Assembly (NCBI GenBank): GCA_021827645.1
Contig: JAKAVA010000041.1
Span: 2,076 to 66,075, forward strand
Length of the DNA stretch: 64,000 nt
Direction: 5' to 3'
Source: Planctomycetota bacterium
Lineage (GTDB): Bacteria > Planctomycetota > Phycisphaerae > WQYP01
Made by a program: the position numbers and the translations under genes. The notes below the pieces were generated by a model. The model ran no database searches. It was given only the letters and a program-made list of their open reading frames with translations, and was not told where the DNA came from. This document shows, one piece after another, positions 29,260 to 39,568 of the stretch. Position 1 is the first letter of the stretch; each line of letters starts with the position of its first letter.

Positions 29260-30273
29260 CTACGAAGACGCACCGTGCGGCTTCGCGGCTCGCATGACAA
29301 AAATATCCGGCACGCGAATGCCGGTGTCCTTCAAACGTGTGGTGCGGGCGGGCAGGGTATGCCAGCGGGCGGCGGTAAAGCCGGTCTCGACCGCCAGCCG
29401 CTGGAGTTTCTGCGGTTGGAATCCCATCCACCGGTGCCCCATTTTTTCGCGGAAATAGTCGATCTGATGCGGCAGCAGATCAATAATGATCATGACACCG
29501 CCGGGTATAAGGATACGATGCATCTCCGCCAGTGCCCGCGTCGTATCCGCCACATGATGCAGCACCAGACACGCCAGCGCCATGTGCACACTCGCCTCGG
29601 GCAGGGGAATCTCCTCCACCGCACCGGCTACTATTTCCACATTATCCCGTCCGCTGCCGACCAGTCGCTGCCGCGCCGCCTTGAGCATGGCCGGTGATGG
29701 CTCGACCGCATAGACGCGGCTTACATGCGGGGCCAGATTGATCGACAGCGACGCCGTTCCCGCCCCGATATCGGCAATCGCCCAACCCGGGTCCAGGGCC
29801 GCAAGCATTGCTTCATACTGAAACGTATCCCCAAACCAGCGTTCGCGGATCGAATCCCATTCCGGTGCAGTTTCGGCGAAGGCGTCTTCCTGCCGCTGCT
29901 CCAGTATTCGGCTCAGACGGGATAAATCGGCCCGCAGTTCATCATCGCCATGCAGAACCTTCCGCGATACGCTGCGCAATTCCTTCAAGCCGGCGATGTC
30001 TCGGCTGACGTGCGGGCGGTAAAGAATCGCGGTTCCCTGGCGGCGGGCTTCGATCAGGTCCGCTTCCAGCAGGGTCTTGAGATGGCGCGAGATGGTGGAT
30101 TGGGGCATTTTCAAGGCATCGGCCAGTTCACCCACCCGCAGGGCCGGCCGCCCCGCGGAATCCATCAACTGCAGGATACGCATGCGCACCGGATCTGCCA
30201 GTGAGCGCAGGACACGCACCCATTGCTCGACCGAATTGGATTTGTCCGAAGCCGGCATTTTTTTTCGTCCCAT
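29260..30273 (-). CDS. sahR: ArsR HTH + SAM-dependent methyltransferase-fold regulator (SahR-like)
   Basis: LADPVRMRIL...QSTISRHLKTL HTH; DIGAGTA SAM motif; directly upstream of ahcY; alternative start 30258. Confidence 0.8.
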   Translation of the reverse strand: MGRKKMPASDKSNSVEQWVRVLRSLADPVRMRILQLMDSAGRPALRVGELADALKMPQSTISRHLKTLLEADLIEARRQGTAILYRPHVSRDIAGLKELRSVSRKVLHGDDELRADLSRLSRILEQRQEDAFAETAPEWDSIRERWFGDTFQYEAMLAALDPGWAIADIGAGTASLSINLAPHVSRVYAVEPSPAMLKAARQRLVGSGRDNVEIVAGAVEEIPLPEASVHMALACLVLHHVADTTRALAEMHRILIPGGVMIIIDLLPHQIDYFREKMGHRWMGFQPQKLQRLAVETGFTAARWHTLPARTTRLKDTGIRVPDIFVMRAAKPHGASS

Positions 30274-30280
30274 TTGAACA

Positions 30281-30328
30281 ATCCGTCCATCCGGATAGAA
30301 TGATAGTCGGTTGGCGGACGGGACGCAA
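30281..30328 (-). promoter_or_regulatory. Sigma70 promoter TTGCGT-17-TATCAT plus palindromic operator ATCCG-N6-CGGAT for sahR-ahcY
   Basis: -35 at 30323-30328 and -10 at 30300-30305 on the minus strand; palindrome 30281-30296 overlaps the predicted TSS. Confidence 0.7.
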
Positions 30329-30530
30329 GCGGCCGACTGAAACGCTCCGCCCTACGGATAGGGGGCCGTGCCTCACTCCGTTCAGGATGGCTGTCAGGCA
30401 GGCGGTGGTTAAAGGCGTGGATGAGGATAATTGGAGCGCATGCGTTTACACTGTATGCCATGGAAATCGGCGTGCCGATGCGTGTGAAAAAGAAAACCTC
30501 AGGCTGCGTTATGGAAGCAGGTTATCAATC

Positions 30531-31604
30531 ATGGCTTATCCGTTGAAATTTGAACCGATACTCCAACCCCGGATCTGGGGGGGCGACCGGTTGAAAAAAG
30601 TTTTGGGTAAACCCGTTCCCGCCAAATCCCCGTCCACCCGATGGGGCGAATCGTGGGAACTGGCGGATCTGCCCCCCGGTTCTGTAAAAGCCGATTCTAT
30701 CGGTGCCGACGCATCCGGTGCACTGAGCAGTGTAGTCGCTGCCGGGCCATGGGCCGGACGCCAATTGCGGGAAATTCTGCAGCAGGAAGGGGATGCGTAT
30801 TTGCCGGGGCGGGTGGGGGGGTATTATCCCCTGCTGATAAAATATTTAGATGCACGGGAGGATCTCTCGGTGCAGGTTCATCCGACGGCCGAGTACACAC
30901 GCGCCCATCCCGGCACCCATCTTAAGACCGAAGCATGGTACGTTTTGGATGCGGCGCCCGGATCCCGCATTTACAAGGGGCTTGTTCCCGGCGTGACGCG
31001 GCCGCAATTTCAGAAAGCCATTGAATCCGGACGGGCGGCCGAAATTTTGCAGAGCGTTCCGGCCCGAGTGGGAGACTGCCATTTTCTTCCGTCGGGAATG
31101 GTGCATGCACTGGGCGCGGGTGTATTGGTGGCGGAGGTGCAGACACCAAGCGATACCACCTTTCGGATCTTTGATTGGAATCGGCTGGGCCCCGACGGAA
31201 AGCCGCGCACGCTTCATATTCAGGAAGCGCTCGATGTCATTGATTTTGACCGGCCGCAGGTGGTCCAATCCGCCGCAGTCCGTACCCGGCAGCTTGAAGA
31301 TGTGATGATTCGAGAACTGGCCACCTGCGACTATTTCACGCTTTCACGCCTTGATTTTTCGGAAGGTTCGGTACACCTCACCTCGGAGATATTGGATAAT
31401 CAATCGCAGGTGTGGATCATGCTCTCCGGACAGGCGGTATTGGACTGGCCCGGACATGGTGGCACGGCGCTGGCGCCCGGCGACACCGTTTTGCTGCCGT
31501 CGCAACCCGTGCAAGAGCGGCCGTGCTACATGCGTGTGGTAAGTCCTTGTGCGGTTCTTGCAGCCCGATTACCGGCACGGCCGACCCGAAGCGAGGCGAA
31601 ATAA
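30531..31604 (+). CDS. manA: Type I mannose-6-phosphate isomerase (cupin)
   Basis: IWGG, GESWEL, PLLIKYLDAREDLSVQVHP, KTEAWY, HALGAG, EVQTPSDTTFR. Confidence 0.9.
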   Translation: MAYPLKFEPILQPRIWGGDRLKKVLGKPVPAKSPSTRWGESWELADLPPGSVKADSIGADASGALSSVVAAGPWAGRQLREILQQEGDAYLPGRVGGYYPLLIKYLDAREDLSVQVHPTAEYTRAHPGTHLKTEAWYVLDAAPGSRIYKGLVPGVTRPQFQKAIESGRAAEILQSVPARVGDCHFLPSGMVHALGAGVLVAEVQTPSDTTFRIFDWNRLGPDGKPRTLHIQEALDVIDFDRPQVVQSAAVRTRQLEDVMIRELATCDYFTLSRLDFSEGSVHLTSEILDNQSQVWIMLSGQAVLDWPGHGGTALAPGDTVLLPSQPVQERPCYMRVVSPCAVLAARLPARPTRSEAK

Positions 31605-31607
31605 TCG

Positions 31608-32555
31608 ATGCAGGTACGTTTACAAAAATTCATGGCGGATTGTGGCGTGGCGTCGCGCCGCCATTGCGAAGAGATGATCCGCAGTGGGCAGGTTCGCGTC
31701 AACGGCGATTTGCGCCGTGAATTACCCGTCATGATCGACCCGGCTCGTGATCAGGTGACCGTCGGCGATACCCTCCTGGAGCCGATCCAACCGGAAAAGC
31801 CCGTGCATGTGCTGCTCTATAAGCCGCGAGGCATCCTCGTCACGCGACAGGATCAGTCCGGCCGAAAAACGGTTTTTGACCTCGTCAAACCAATTTCTCA
31901 GCGCCTCTTTCCAGTGGGGCGGCTGGATATGGACTCCCGCGGCCTGCTGCTGCTGACCAATGACGGCGAACTGGCCAACCGCCTGACACATCCGAGTTAC
32001 GGCGTGGAGAAACTTTACGTCGTCACCGTCGACGGAAAAATGAGCCCGGGAGCCTTGGAAAAGATTCGCAAGGGGGCGTGGCTGGGACCGGCCGGGCGCG
32101 GGCAGGCCGTGCGCACCGAGGGACTTAAAATTAAATTAATCAGCAGTGATCGGCAATTGACCACACTTGAAGTCCGACTCGCGGAGGGGCGGAACCGCGA
32201 GATTCGCCGCGTGCTGGCCCGGGCCGGGTACCGGGTACGTGATCTCTGCCGCGTCGCCATTGCGGAAAAGCTCACCATCAAAGGACTTTCTCCTGGCGAA
32301 TACCGCCTGTTGACGGATGCGGAAGTCGCATGGCTGCGACACGCCAGTTCCCGCGAATATCAGCAACTCAAGCGCGATGCCACTCAGCAGTGGTTTGAAC
32401 GCAAGGAGATGGAAAAAGAGCGTAAGCGACTTCGCCATACGGCATCGGCGGCAAAAGCGGCGCCCAAAGCTGCGCCCAAAGCTGCGCCCCGCAGCCGAGC
32501 TCAGGCCACGAAACGGCCTGCCGGCAGGCAGCGGCGCGAGGATCGGCGGCGATGA
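31608..32555 (+). CDS. rluB: RsuA/RluB-family rRNA pseudouridine synthase
   Basis: S4 domain RLQKFMADCGVASRR; VGRLDMDSRGLLLLTNDG, EGRNREIRR; subfamily assignment tentative. Confidence 0.8.
   Translation: MQVRLQKFMADCGVASRRHCEEMIRSGQVRVNGDLRRELPVMIDPARDQVTVGDTLLEPIQPEKPVHVLLYKPRGILVTRQDQSGRKTVFDLVKPISQRLFPVGRLDMDSRGLLLLTNDGELANRLTHPSYGVEKLYVVTVDGKMSPGALEKIRKGAWLGPAGRGQAVRTEGLKIKLISSDRQLTTLEVRLAEGRNREIRRVLARAGYRVRDLCRVAIAEKLTIKGLSPGEYRLLTDAEVAWLRHASSREYQQLKRDATQQWFERKEMEKERKRLRHTASAAKAAPKAAPKAAPRSRAQATKRPAGRQRREDRRR
32454..32489 (+). repeat. In-frame 12-bp tandem repeat x3 encoding (KAAP)3
   Basis: aaagcggcgccc aaagctgcgccc aaagctgcgccc. Confidence 0.85.
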
Positions 32556-35500
32556 TGATCGCATCTTCAACCCAGATTGCAGATATCAGTCTCTCTGAGA
32601 AAGCGTCACCGGGCCGCACGCCGTCTGCGTCTCCCGCGTTTCTCGATTTCCTCCGCGACAACGTCATGCTTTTTGATGGCGGTTTGGGAACGCAGATCTT
32701 CGAGGCGGATCTGCCGCTGGCGGATTTCTGGAATCTTGAAAACTGCCCCGAAGTGCTGGTGCTCAGTCGGCCCGATGTGATTGAACGCATCCACGCATCC
32801 TATTTTGCCGCCGGCAGCCATACCGTCGAGACCGACACGTTCGGCGGCAGTAAAATTGTATTGGCGGAATTCGATCTGCAGGATCGCTGCCGCGAGATCA
32901 ATCGCACCGCGGCTCAGATTGCCCGGCGGGCTGCGGAAAACGCCCGTACACCCGGGCATCCCCGTTTTGTCGCCGGATCGATCGGGCCGGGTACCAAGTC
33001 GATCACGCTGGGCAACACCACATTCGATCTCATGCACGATTCCTACCGCGAGCAGATTCTCGGCCTGCTTGAAGGGGGGGTGGATGTCATCCTGATCGAA
33101 ACCTGCTTCGATCTGCTGCAGGCTAAAACCGCCGTCATCGCGGCCGTTGACGCCATGCACGAGGCGAAGATTCACGTACCGATCATGGTGCAGGTTACCA
33201 TGGAAACGGTCGGTACCATGCTTTTGGGTACCGAGATGCCGGCGGTCATCACCACGCTTGAAGCTCTGCCGGTGGATGTGATCGGCATGAACTGCGCCAC
33301 CGGGCCGGAACTGATGCGCCAGCACGTCGAGGTGCTCAGCCGCGATTGCACCCGCTACATCTCTGTTCAACCTAACGCCGGCCTTCCCGTGCAGCATGAA
33401 GGGAGAACGCATTTTCCGCTCGGGCCCGCCGAATTGGCCAAAGCCCATGTCGAATTTATCCGCGACCTCGGCGTCAATATCGTCGGCGGCTGCTGCGGCA
33501 CCACGCCCGCCCATATTAAAGCCACGGCTGATGCGATTCGCGATCTTAAACCGATCAGACGCGAAGCTTTCGGGCGGAAACCCGATGCGACCCACTGCGG
33601 AGTTTCATCGCTTTACTCCTCCGTTGATGCCCGACAGGATAATTCCATTCTGATCATCGGTGAGCGCACCAACACCAACGGCAGTAAAAAATTCAAGGAA
33701 GCGCTGCTGGCCCAGGATTGGGATACGCTCGTTGCGATGGGGCGTGAGCAGGTGAAGGAATCGTCCCATGTCATTGATGTGTGCGTCGATTATGTCGGGC
33801 GCGACGGCGTGCCGGATATGCGTGGCGTGGTGCAGCGATTCGCCAAGGAAGTCACCGCTCCGCTGATGATTGATTCCACGCAGTTGGATGTGGTTGAAGC
33901 GGGTCTGCAGGCGGCGCCGGGAAAGTGCATTGTCAATTCCATCAATCTGGAGGACGGTGAGGAAAAACTCGCCAAAATGGCCGCCCTGCTGAAACGTTAT
34001 GGCGCCGCCGTCGTCGCCGGAACCATCGATGAGGATAAAACCGAAGCGATGGCCAAAACCGCGGATCGCAAACTGCAGATCGCCGAGCGACTTTATGACC
34101 TTCTGGTGAACAAATACAGCATTCCGGAAACGGATATTTACTTTGATCCCCTGATCTTCCCCATCGTAACGGGGCAGGACGAGGTGCGGCGGCTGGCCAT
34201 TGAAACTATTGACGGCATACGGGCCATATCCGCTCGATTTCCGAACTGCCATACCACGCTGGGGCTCTCCAATGTCTCTTTCGGTCTCAAGCCCTACGCC
34301 CGACTGGTGATCAACAGTGCGTTTTTCAATGAATGTGTCCGCGCCGGGCTCACCTCGGCGATTGTTCATTCCAGCAAAATCCTGCCGGAAAACCGCATCG
34401 ATCCCGAGCATTACCGCTGGGCGCTCGATCTCATCTACGACCGTCGCACTGACGATTACAACCCCCTTGGCCTCCTGAGCACCCTCGGCACGCCGAAAAA
34501 GGATGCTGCCGCTGAGGAAAATCTGCCGCTGGAGGAAAAACTGCAGCGGCATATCATCGATGGCGATAAACAACGGCTCCATGAACACCTTCAGGAGGCG
34601 CTGAAACAATATCCGGCGCTGACCATTATTAATGATTATCTGCTCGCGGGTATGAAGACGGTCGGTGAACTCTTCGGATCGGGCAAAATGCAGTTGCCCT
34701 TCGTCCTTCAGAGCGCTGAAGTGATGAAAGCCGCCGTCGCCTTCCTCCAGCCTTTCATGCCCAAATCTGAAGGGTCAACCCGCGGTACCTTGGTGCTGGC
34801 AACCGTTCGCGGCGATGTGCATGATATCGGCAAGAATCTGGTGGATATCATTCTCTCCAACAACGGCTTCAAGGTTTATAACCTCGGCATCAAACAGCCC
34901 ATCACCAATGTCATTGAGGCCGCACGGAAATACAACGCCGACGCCATCGGACTTTCCGGCCTGCTGGTAAAGTCCACGATGGTGATGAAGGATGATCTCA
35001 TTGAACTCAACCGTCTCGGTATTAAAACCCCCGTCATCCTCGGTGGGGCGGCGTTAACGCGGTCTTTTGTGGAATCCGACCTCCGCCGAATCTATTCCGG
35101 TCCCCTCTTTTACGGCAAAGATGCGTTCGAGGGATTGCGGATCATGGATCATCTCGGCACCGGCCGACTGCTGGAAATATTGCTGGCCACCGGTGAAGAT
35201 TCAGAGACGGCCCAGCTTCGCGCTTCCGGCCAGATGGCGGCTCCGGCGGCTCCATCCCCTGCACCGGCGGCATCGGCGGTGGTCATGGCCGGGCCGGTGG
35301 GCATTCGTTCCGATGCGCCCATTCCCGAGGCCCCATTCTGGGGTATGCGCGTTGTGAGCGAAATACCCGTCGAGTCCATCTTTCCCTACATCGACGAAGT
35401 GGCTCTGTTCCGCGGGCAGTGGCAGTTCAAGAGCGGCACGATGCCGCGCGATGAATTCCGCCGCTGGACGCAGGAGCATGTCCAGCCCATTTTCCGCCGC

Positions 35501-36115
35501 ATCAAACAGAAATCCGTCGAACTCAAGCTCTTCGAGCCGCAGGTGGTTTACGGCTATTTTCACGCCCAGTCCGAAGGAAATGATCTGATCGTCTACCGTG
35601 ATGATGGCCGCACCGAGTGGCTCCGCTTCCACTTCCCGCGTCAGACCAACCGAAAATTCTGGTGTCTGAGCGATTTTATTGCGCCGAAAAGCAGCGGGAG
35701 AATGGATGTTCTTCCGGCCATGTGCGTTACCGCCGGCCACATCATCACCCCTTTTGAAAAACAGCTTTTCGAAAAGGGGGATTTTACTGAATACCTCTAT
35801 TTCCACGGCATGGGTGTGCAGATTGCCGAGGCACTCGCGGAGATGTGGCATAAGCGTATCCGTCAGGAACTGCGCATTGCCGATCAGGATGGCCCGACCA
35901 TGCGGGATTTATTTGCGTGTCATTATCGCGGCTGCCGGTACAGTTTCGGCTATCCGGCCTGCCCGGATTTGCAGGATCAGGAAAAATTATTTGCTCTGCT
36001 GGATCCCGCCCGTATCGGGTGCACGCTTTCGGAAAATTGGATGATCCAGCCGGAACAGTCCACCTCCGCACTCGTGATGCACCATCCCGACGCCCGTTAC
36101 TTTAACGTTGATTGA
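32552..36115 (+). CDS. metH: Cobalamin-dependent methionine synthase
   Basis: GMNCATGP, GGCCGTTP, IGERTN, DVHDIGKNLV B12 motif, RYSFGYPACPD activation domain; ATGA overlap with rluB. Confidence 0.97.
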   Translation: MMIASSTQIADISLSEKASPGRTPSASPAFLDFLRDNVMLFDGGLGTQIFEADLPLADFWNLENCPEVLVLSRPDVIERIHASYFAAGSHTVETDTFGGSKIVLAEFDLQDRCREINRTAAQIARRAAENARTPGHPRFVAGSIGPGTKSITLGNTTFDLMHDSYREQILGLLEGGVDVILIETCFDLLQAKTAVIAAVDAMHEAKIHVPIMVQVTMETVGTMLLGTEMPAVITTLEALPVDVIGMNCATGPELMRQHVEVLSRDCTRYISVQPNAGLPVQHEGRTHFPLGPAELAKAHVEFIRDLGVNIVGGCCGTTPAHIKATADAIRDLKPIRREAFGRKPDATHCGVSSLYSSVDARQDNSILIIGERTNTNGSKKFKEALLAQDWDTLVAMGREQVKESSHVIDVCVDYVGRDGVPDMRGVVQRFAKEVTAPLMIDSTQLDVVEAGLQAAPGKCIVNSINLEDGEEKLAKMAALLKRYGAAVVAGTIDEDKTEAMAKTADRKLQIAERLYDLLVNKYSIPETDIYFDPLIFPIVTGQDEVRRLAIETIDGIRAISARFPNCHTTLGLSNVSFGLKPYARLVINSAFFNECVRAGLTSAIVHSSKILPENRIDPEHYRWALDLIYDRRTDDYNPLGLLSTLGTPKKDAAAEENLPLEEKLQRHIIDGDKQRLHEHLQEALKQYPALTIINDYLLAGMKTVGELFGSGKMQLPFVLQSAEVMKAAVAFLQPFMPKSEGSTRGTLVLATVRGDVHDIGKNLVDIILSNNGFKVYNLGIKQPITNVIEAARKYNADAIGLSGLLVKSTMVMKDDLIELNRLGIKTPVILGGAALTRSFVESDLRRIYSGPLFYGKDAFEGLRIMDHLGTGRLLEILLATGEDSETAQLRASGQMAAPAAPSPAPAASAVVMAGPVGIRSDAPIPEAPFWGMRVVSEIPVESIFPYIDEVALFRGQWQFKSGTMPRDEFRRWTQEHVQPIFRRIKQKSVELKLFEPQVVYGYFHAQSEGNDLIVYRDDGRTEWLRFHFPRQTNRKFWCLSDFIAPKSSGRMDVLPAMCVTAGHIITPFEKQLFEKGDFTEYLYFHGMGVQIAEALAEMWHKRIRQELRIADQDGPTMRDLFACHYRGCRYSFGYPACPDLQDQEKLFALLDPARIGCTLSENWMIQPEQSTSALVMHHPDARYFNVD

Positions 36116-36172
36116 TACGTTCACACGACCACTTCGTCGATACGGTTCGCGGGCCGTCAGTCCAATCTGCCA

Positions 36173-39100
36173 TCAAACCGCGATGGCCCGCGGGGTGGAA
36201 CTCTGAGCGGTCGGCAGTCGGATATCACCGCTTAGCATTTTGGCCAGTTCATCGGCGTGCACCGGCTTACTGAAAAAATAACCCTGAATGGAATGACATC
36301 CCAGCAGTTTCAGCAGGGTAATCTGTTCGATCTTTTCCACACCTTCGGCGATGGTTTTAAGCTGCAGATTTTCCGCCAAGTTCACAATCGTATCGACCAC
36401 CGCGAGGTCTTTCGGATCATCGATCATATCGCGGATAAAGGTGCGGTCGATTTTCAGCGTATCGATGGGGAATCGGGTCAGATAGCTGAGGCTTGAATAT
36501 CCGGTACCGAAATCATCGAGTGAAAAATGGATGCCGCAATCCTTGATCTCGATCATTCGCGACCGCAGGGATTCCGTCTGCGCCATCAACGTGCTTTCGG
36601 TGATCTCCAGTTCAAGCATGCCGGGATCCAGCCCTGTATCGCGCAAGGTCCGCCGGACGATTTCAGGCAGGCCCGGTTCGCGGCATTGCAGGGCGGAAAG
36701 GTTCACGGCAACCGGCACAATGGGCACGCCTGCCGTTTGCCAACGACGATTTTGCGCGCACGCCTCGTGAAGAATCCATTCTCCGATCTCAAGGATCAGT
36801 CCCTTTTCCTCCGCCAGCGGGATGAATTTCATCGGCGAAACCAATCCGCGGTCCGGGTGCTGCCAGCGGATCAGAGCTTCGCTTCCGATGATCTTGCCGG
36901 TCTGCAGATTGACCTGTGGCTGGAACTGAAGCACAAACTGATTTTTTCGCAGTGCCTCGCGGAGGTCATTTTCAAGGCGTATATGCTCGATGGCGGCGGC
37001 ATGCATTTCCGGTGTGTGGAAGGCGGCGCGATTTTTCCCTTCCTTCTTTACCTGATAAAGCGCCTCATCCGCCGTACGCAAAAGCACCCCGCAATCCACA
37101 CCGTCGCGCGGGTAGATGCTCATGCCGATGCTGCACGAAATATGGAACGTATGCCCCGAGATGACAAAAGGAACCGACATGGACTGTATGATTTTTTGCG
37201 CCACGAGATTCACATCCCCCGGCGATCGCGGTTCTTTAATCAGCACAATAAATTCGTCGCCCCCAAGCCGGGCTACCGTGTCTTCCGATCGCAGGGCACT
37301 GCGAATCCGCATGGCGGCTCCCTGCAGCAGTTCGTCACCAAAATCATGGCCAAGCGTATCATTCACGCTCTTGAAATTATCCAGATCAATAAACACCACA
37401 CCCGCCATGGTGTTACGCCGATGCGCCTCTCGGATCGCCTGTTCGAGCCGATCGATGAGCAAGGTCCGGTTTGGCAGCCCGGTAAGCGAATCGTGGTAGG
37501 CGAGATAATGGATGCGTTCTTCTGCGGCTTTTCTTTCGCTGATATCGCGGAATATGCTCAGAACCATGTACTTGCCCTGCATCTCAACCCGGCTCTCCAC
37601 GGCTTCGACCGGGAATGACCGCAGGTCTTTACGCGTGATGGTTGTCGTAGAATCAACGGTTTCACCGGTATTGATGATGCGGTTATAACGGTTGGTGGTG
37701 TCGCCTTGCACATCAGGCGGAAAGAGTTGCTGCCCTCGCAGCGTGAGCATTTCTTCGCGTGTGTAACCAAGCAGTTCCAGTGCCCGTCGGTTGACTTCAA
37801 GGATGCGCCCGTCGCTTTGCATCAGGATGATGGCGTCGCCCGCTGCTTCCATGACGAGATGGTAGCGGGCTTCCGAATCGCGCAGGGCCTGTTCCGCCGC
37901 CCGACGCAGTGATTCGCGATCGGCGTCTTCAATGGCAAAGGTCAGGCTGGTGGCAATTTCCGAAAGCACTTCAACCACGCGGGGAGAAAACCCGTCCGGG
38001 CGGCTGGAATAAACCGCGAGTACTCCGAAGTTGTGCCCCTTGCGCAGCAGGGGAAACGCCGCTGCCGACCGCAGATGGAATTTATCAAGCGCAAAGGCCC
38101 AGGGGGTATCAAAACCCATCGTCTTAAAATCATGAATAACCGATGCACTCTGGCTGGTAAGGGAGGCATCGATCGGTTGAAGACCCGCCGGAAGCGTCTT
38201 CTGCTGCGAATGGGAGATGGCCAGAAGATATTCAGCGGCCGAGCCTGCCCAGTGGCTCAGCCGACATTGCCGCGATCGAGCCGCGGAGATCGCGACAAAC
38301 GCCAGTTCGAAATGCGTCGACTTGGTGATAATCCTGCAAACCTCATCGAATAACTGATCCTGTGAGCAGCGATGGGCAACGAGCTGATTAATCTGACTCA
38401 GCGTGGCATACAGATCATTGAGCTGTTGAAGATCGCGTTCCGCAAGCGACTTTTTCTGCAGCGCACCGGTCAGCGATCGGTAAGTCGTGTAAAAGATAAT
38501 GCCCACGACGGCGATCAGGCAGAGCACCAGCCCGATGTTAAGCAGCAACGTCAGCCGCAGACGCGCGAGACGCACATATAAATCCGACCGCATGTTCCTG
38601 ACCGAAAGCGCAAAAACCTGCTCGATGTCCTGATTGATGGCTCCCGCCCGCTGGTTCAGGATGAGAAGCGACTTTGGATCAGCCGGCGCCACGGCTCTCG
38701 CCGCATGCAGCAATTGATTGCCGTCAACGCCCAGTTGATTGACCGCCTTCAGAAGAGCCATTCCGTCAGGCGATCTTGGATGATGTCGCCCCTTGAGGTT
38801 TCGTATGATCGAGCTGATATCACGCCAGTCAATCATCTGCGCTGTCTCAATGGCGGAATCTCGCCATTGCGGACTCACGGACGCGTGCGAACGCTCGGTA
38901 ATAATCGCACGCCGAATTAAGTTGGTTTGCTCGACTAAATCCATCAGATTATTCGACAGCGCCCGAATATCGTGTTGGATGGTCGGATTACGATCTGCCT
39001 GAAATTTGACCTCGGTCGTCGCTTGGCTGTAAATACTCCATAGCGCCATGATGGCATTCGTCTCGATCTCGTCCGTCTCTCTTCGTTGCCCATCTTGTGG

Positions 39101-39568
39101 ATTTGTGGGAACCAAGCGGATCTGTCTTGCGATGTTCTTCCACCGGTATTCCAGACCCATCCGCTGAGCCAAAACGCGATTCGCACTGACAAATCTTGCC
39201 AGCGAGATCCGCATGTTGTGCCAGGCATGGCGTACAGTTCCCTCCTTCAGGGTATCGCCGACCGAACGCTCCTGCCAGGCATTCTGATGATTTTCAATAG
39301 AAGTAATCAGCGGAAGAATGGAACTTACATATCGAGACCAGGTAATCTCACCTTTCAATATCCCCATTTTGTCCGATTCATTGCGATAAACTTGAAACAG
39401 GGGCACCGCGATCGCCACCACAAGCCCTAAGGCGACGAGCGTAAAGCGTGTCGGCAAGTTGATCCGCTTGATCATGCTGGTGATCGGATCAGCCATCAAT
39501 GTATGTCCAAAATAACCATCAGCTAAGTTATCGGCGAATTTGCCGTGCGAAGTCGATTCCGATTTCAT
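36173..39568 (-). CDS. Membrane sensor GAF-PAS-GGDEF-EAL diguanylate cyclase/phosphodiesterase
   Basis: Two TMs flanking a helical sensor, GAF, PAS, ARLGGDEF, EAL, DDFGTGYSS. Confidence 0.93.
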   Translation of the reverse strand: MKSESTSHGKFADNLADGYFGHTLMADPITSMIKRINLPTRFTLVALGLVVAIAVPLFQVYRNESDKMGILKGEITWSRYVSSILPLITSIENHQNAWQERSVGDTLKEGTVRHAWHNMRISLARFVSANRVLAQRMGLEYRWKNIARQIRLVPTNPQDGQRRETDEIETNAIMALWSIYSQATTEVKFQADRNPTIQHDIRALSNNLMDLVEQTNLIRRAIITERSHASVSPQWRDSAIETAQMIDWRDISSIIRNLKGRHHPRSPDGMALLKAVNQLGVDGNQLLHAARAVAPADPKSLLILNQRAGAINQDIEQVFALSVRNMRSDLYVRLARLRLTLLLNIGLVLCLIAVVGIIFYTTYRSLTGALQKKSLAERDLQQLNDLYATLSQINQLVAHRCSQDQLFDEVCRIITKSTHFELAFVAISAARSRQCRLSHWAGSAAEYLLAISHSQQKTLPAGLQPIDASLTSQSASVIHDFKTMGFDTPWAFALDKFHLRSAAAFPLLRKGHNFGVLAVYSSRPDGFSPRVVEVLSEIATSLTFAIEDADRESLRRAAEQALRDSEARYHLVMEAAGDAIILMQSDGRILEVNRRALELLGYTREEMLTLRGQQLFPPDVQGDTTNRYNRIINTGETVDSTTTITRKDLRSFPVEAVESRVEMQGKYMVLSIFRDISERKAAEERIHYLAYHDSLTGLPNRTLLIDRLEQAIREAHRRNTMAGVVFIDLDNFKSVNDTLGHDFGDELLQGAAMRIRSALRSEDTVARLGGDEFIVLIKEPRSPGDVNLVAQKIIQSMSVPFVISGHTFHISCSIGMSIYPRDGVDCGVLLRTADEALYQVKKEGKNRAAFHTPEMHAAAIEHIRLENDLREALRKNQFVLQFQPQVNLQTGKIIGSEALIRWQHPDRGLVSPMKFIPLAEEKGLILEIGEWILHEACAQNRRWQTAGVPIVPVAVNLSALQCREPGLPEIVRRTLRDTGLDPGMLELEITESTLMAQTESLRSRMIEIKDCGIHFSLDDFGTGYSSLSYLTRFPIDTLKIDRTFIRDMIDDPKDLAVVDTIVNLAENLQLKTIAEGVEKIEQITLLKLLGCHSIQGYFFSKPVHADELAKMLSGDIRLPTAQSSTPRAIAV

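Noticed and set aside
30300-30440. SAH/SAM riboswitch upstream of sahR-ahcY
   Set aside because: Only a weak GGAGCG match, and it lies upstream of the predicted promoter so would not be in the transcript
30201-30530. N-terminal 110-aa extension of the manA ORF
   Set aside because: Overlaps sahR and its promoter; PMI homology starts at ATG 30531
32606-37618. Long antisense ORFs (329, 334 and 363 aa) over metH and the EAL gene
   Set aside because: Shadow ORFs expected from GC-rich codon bias; no protein motifs
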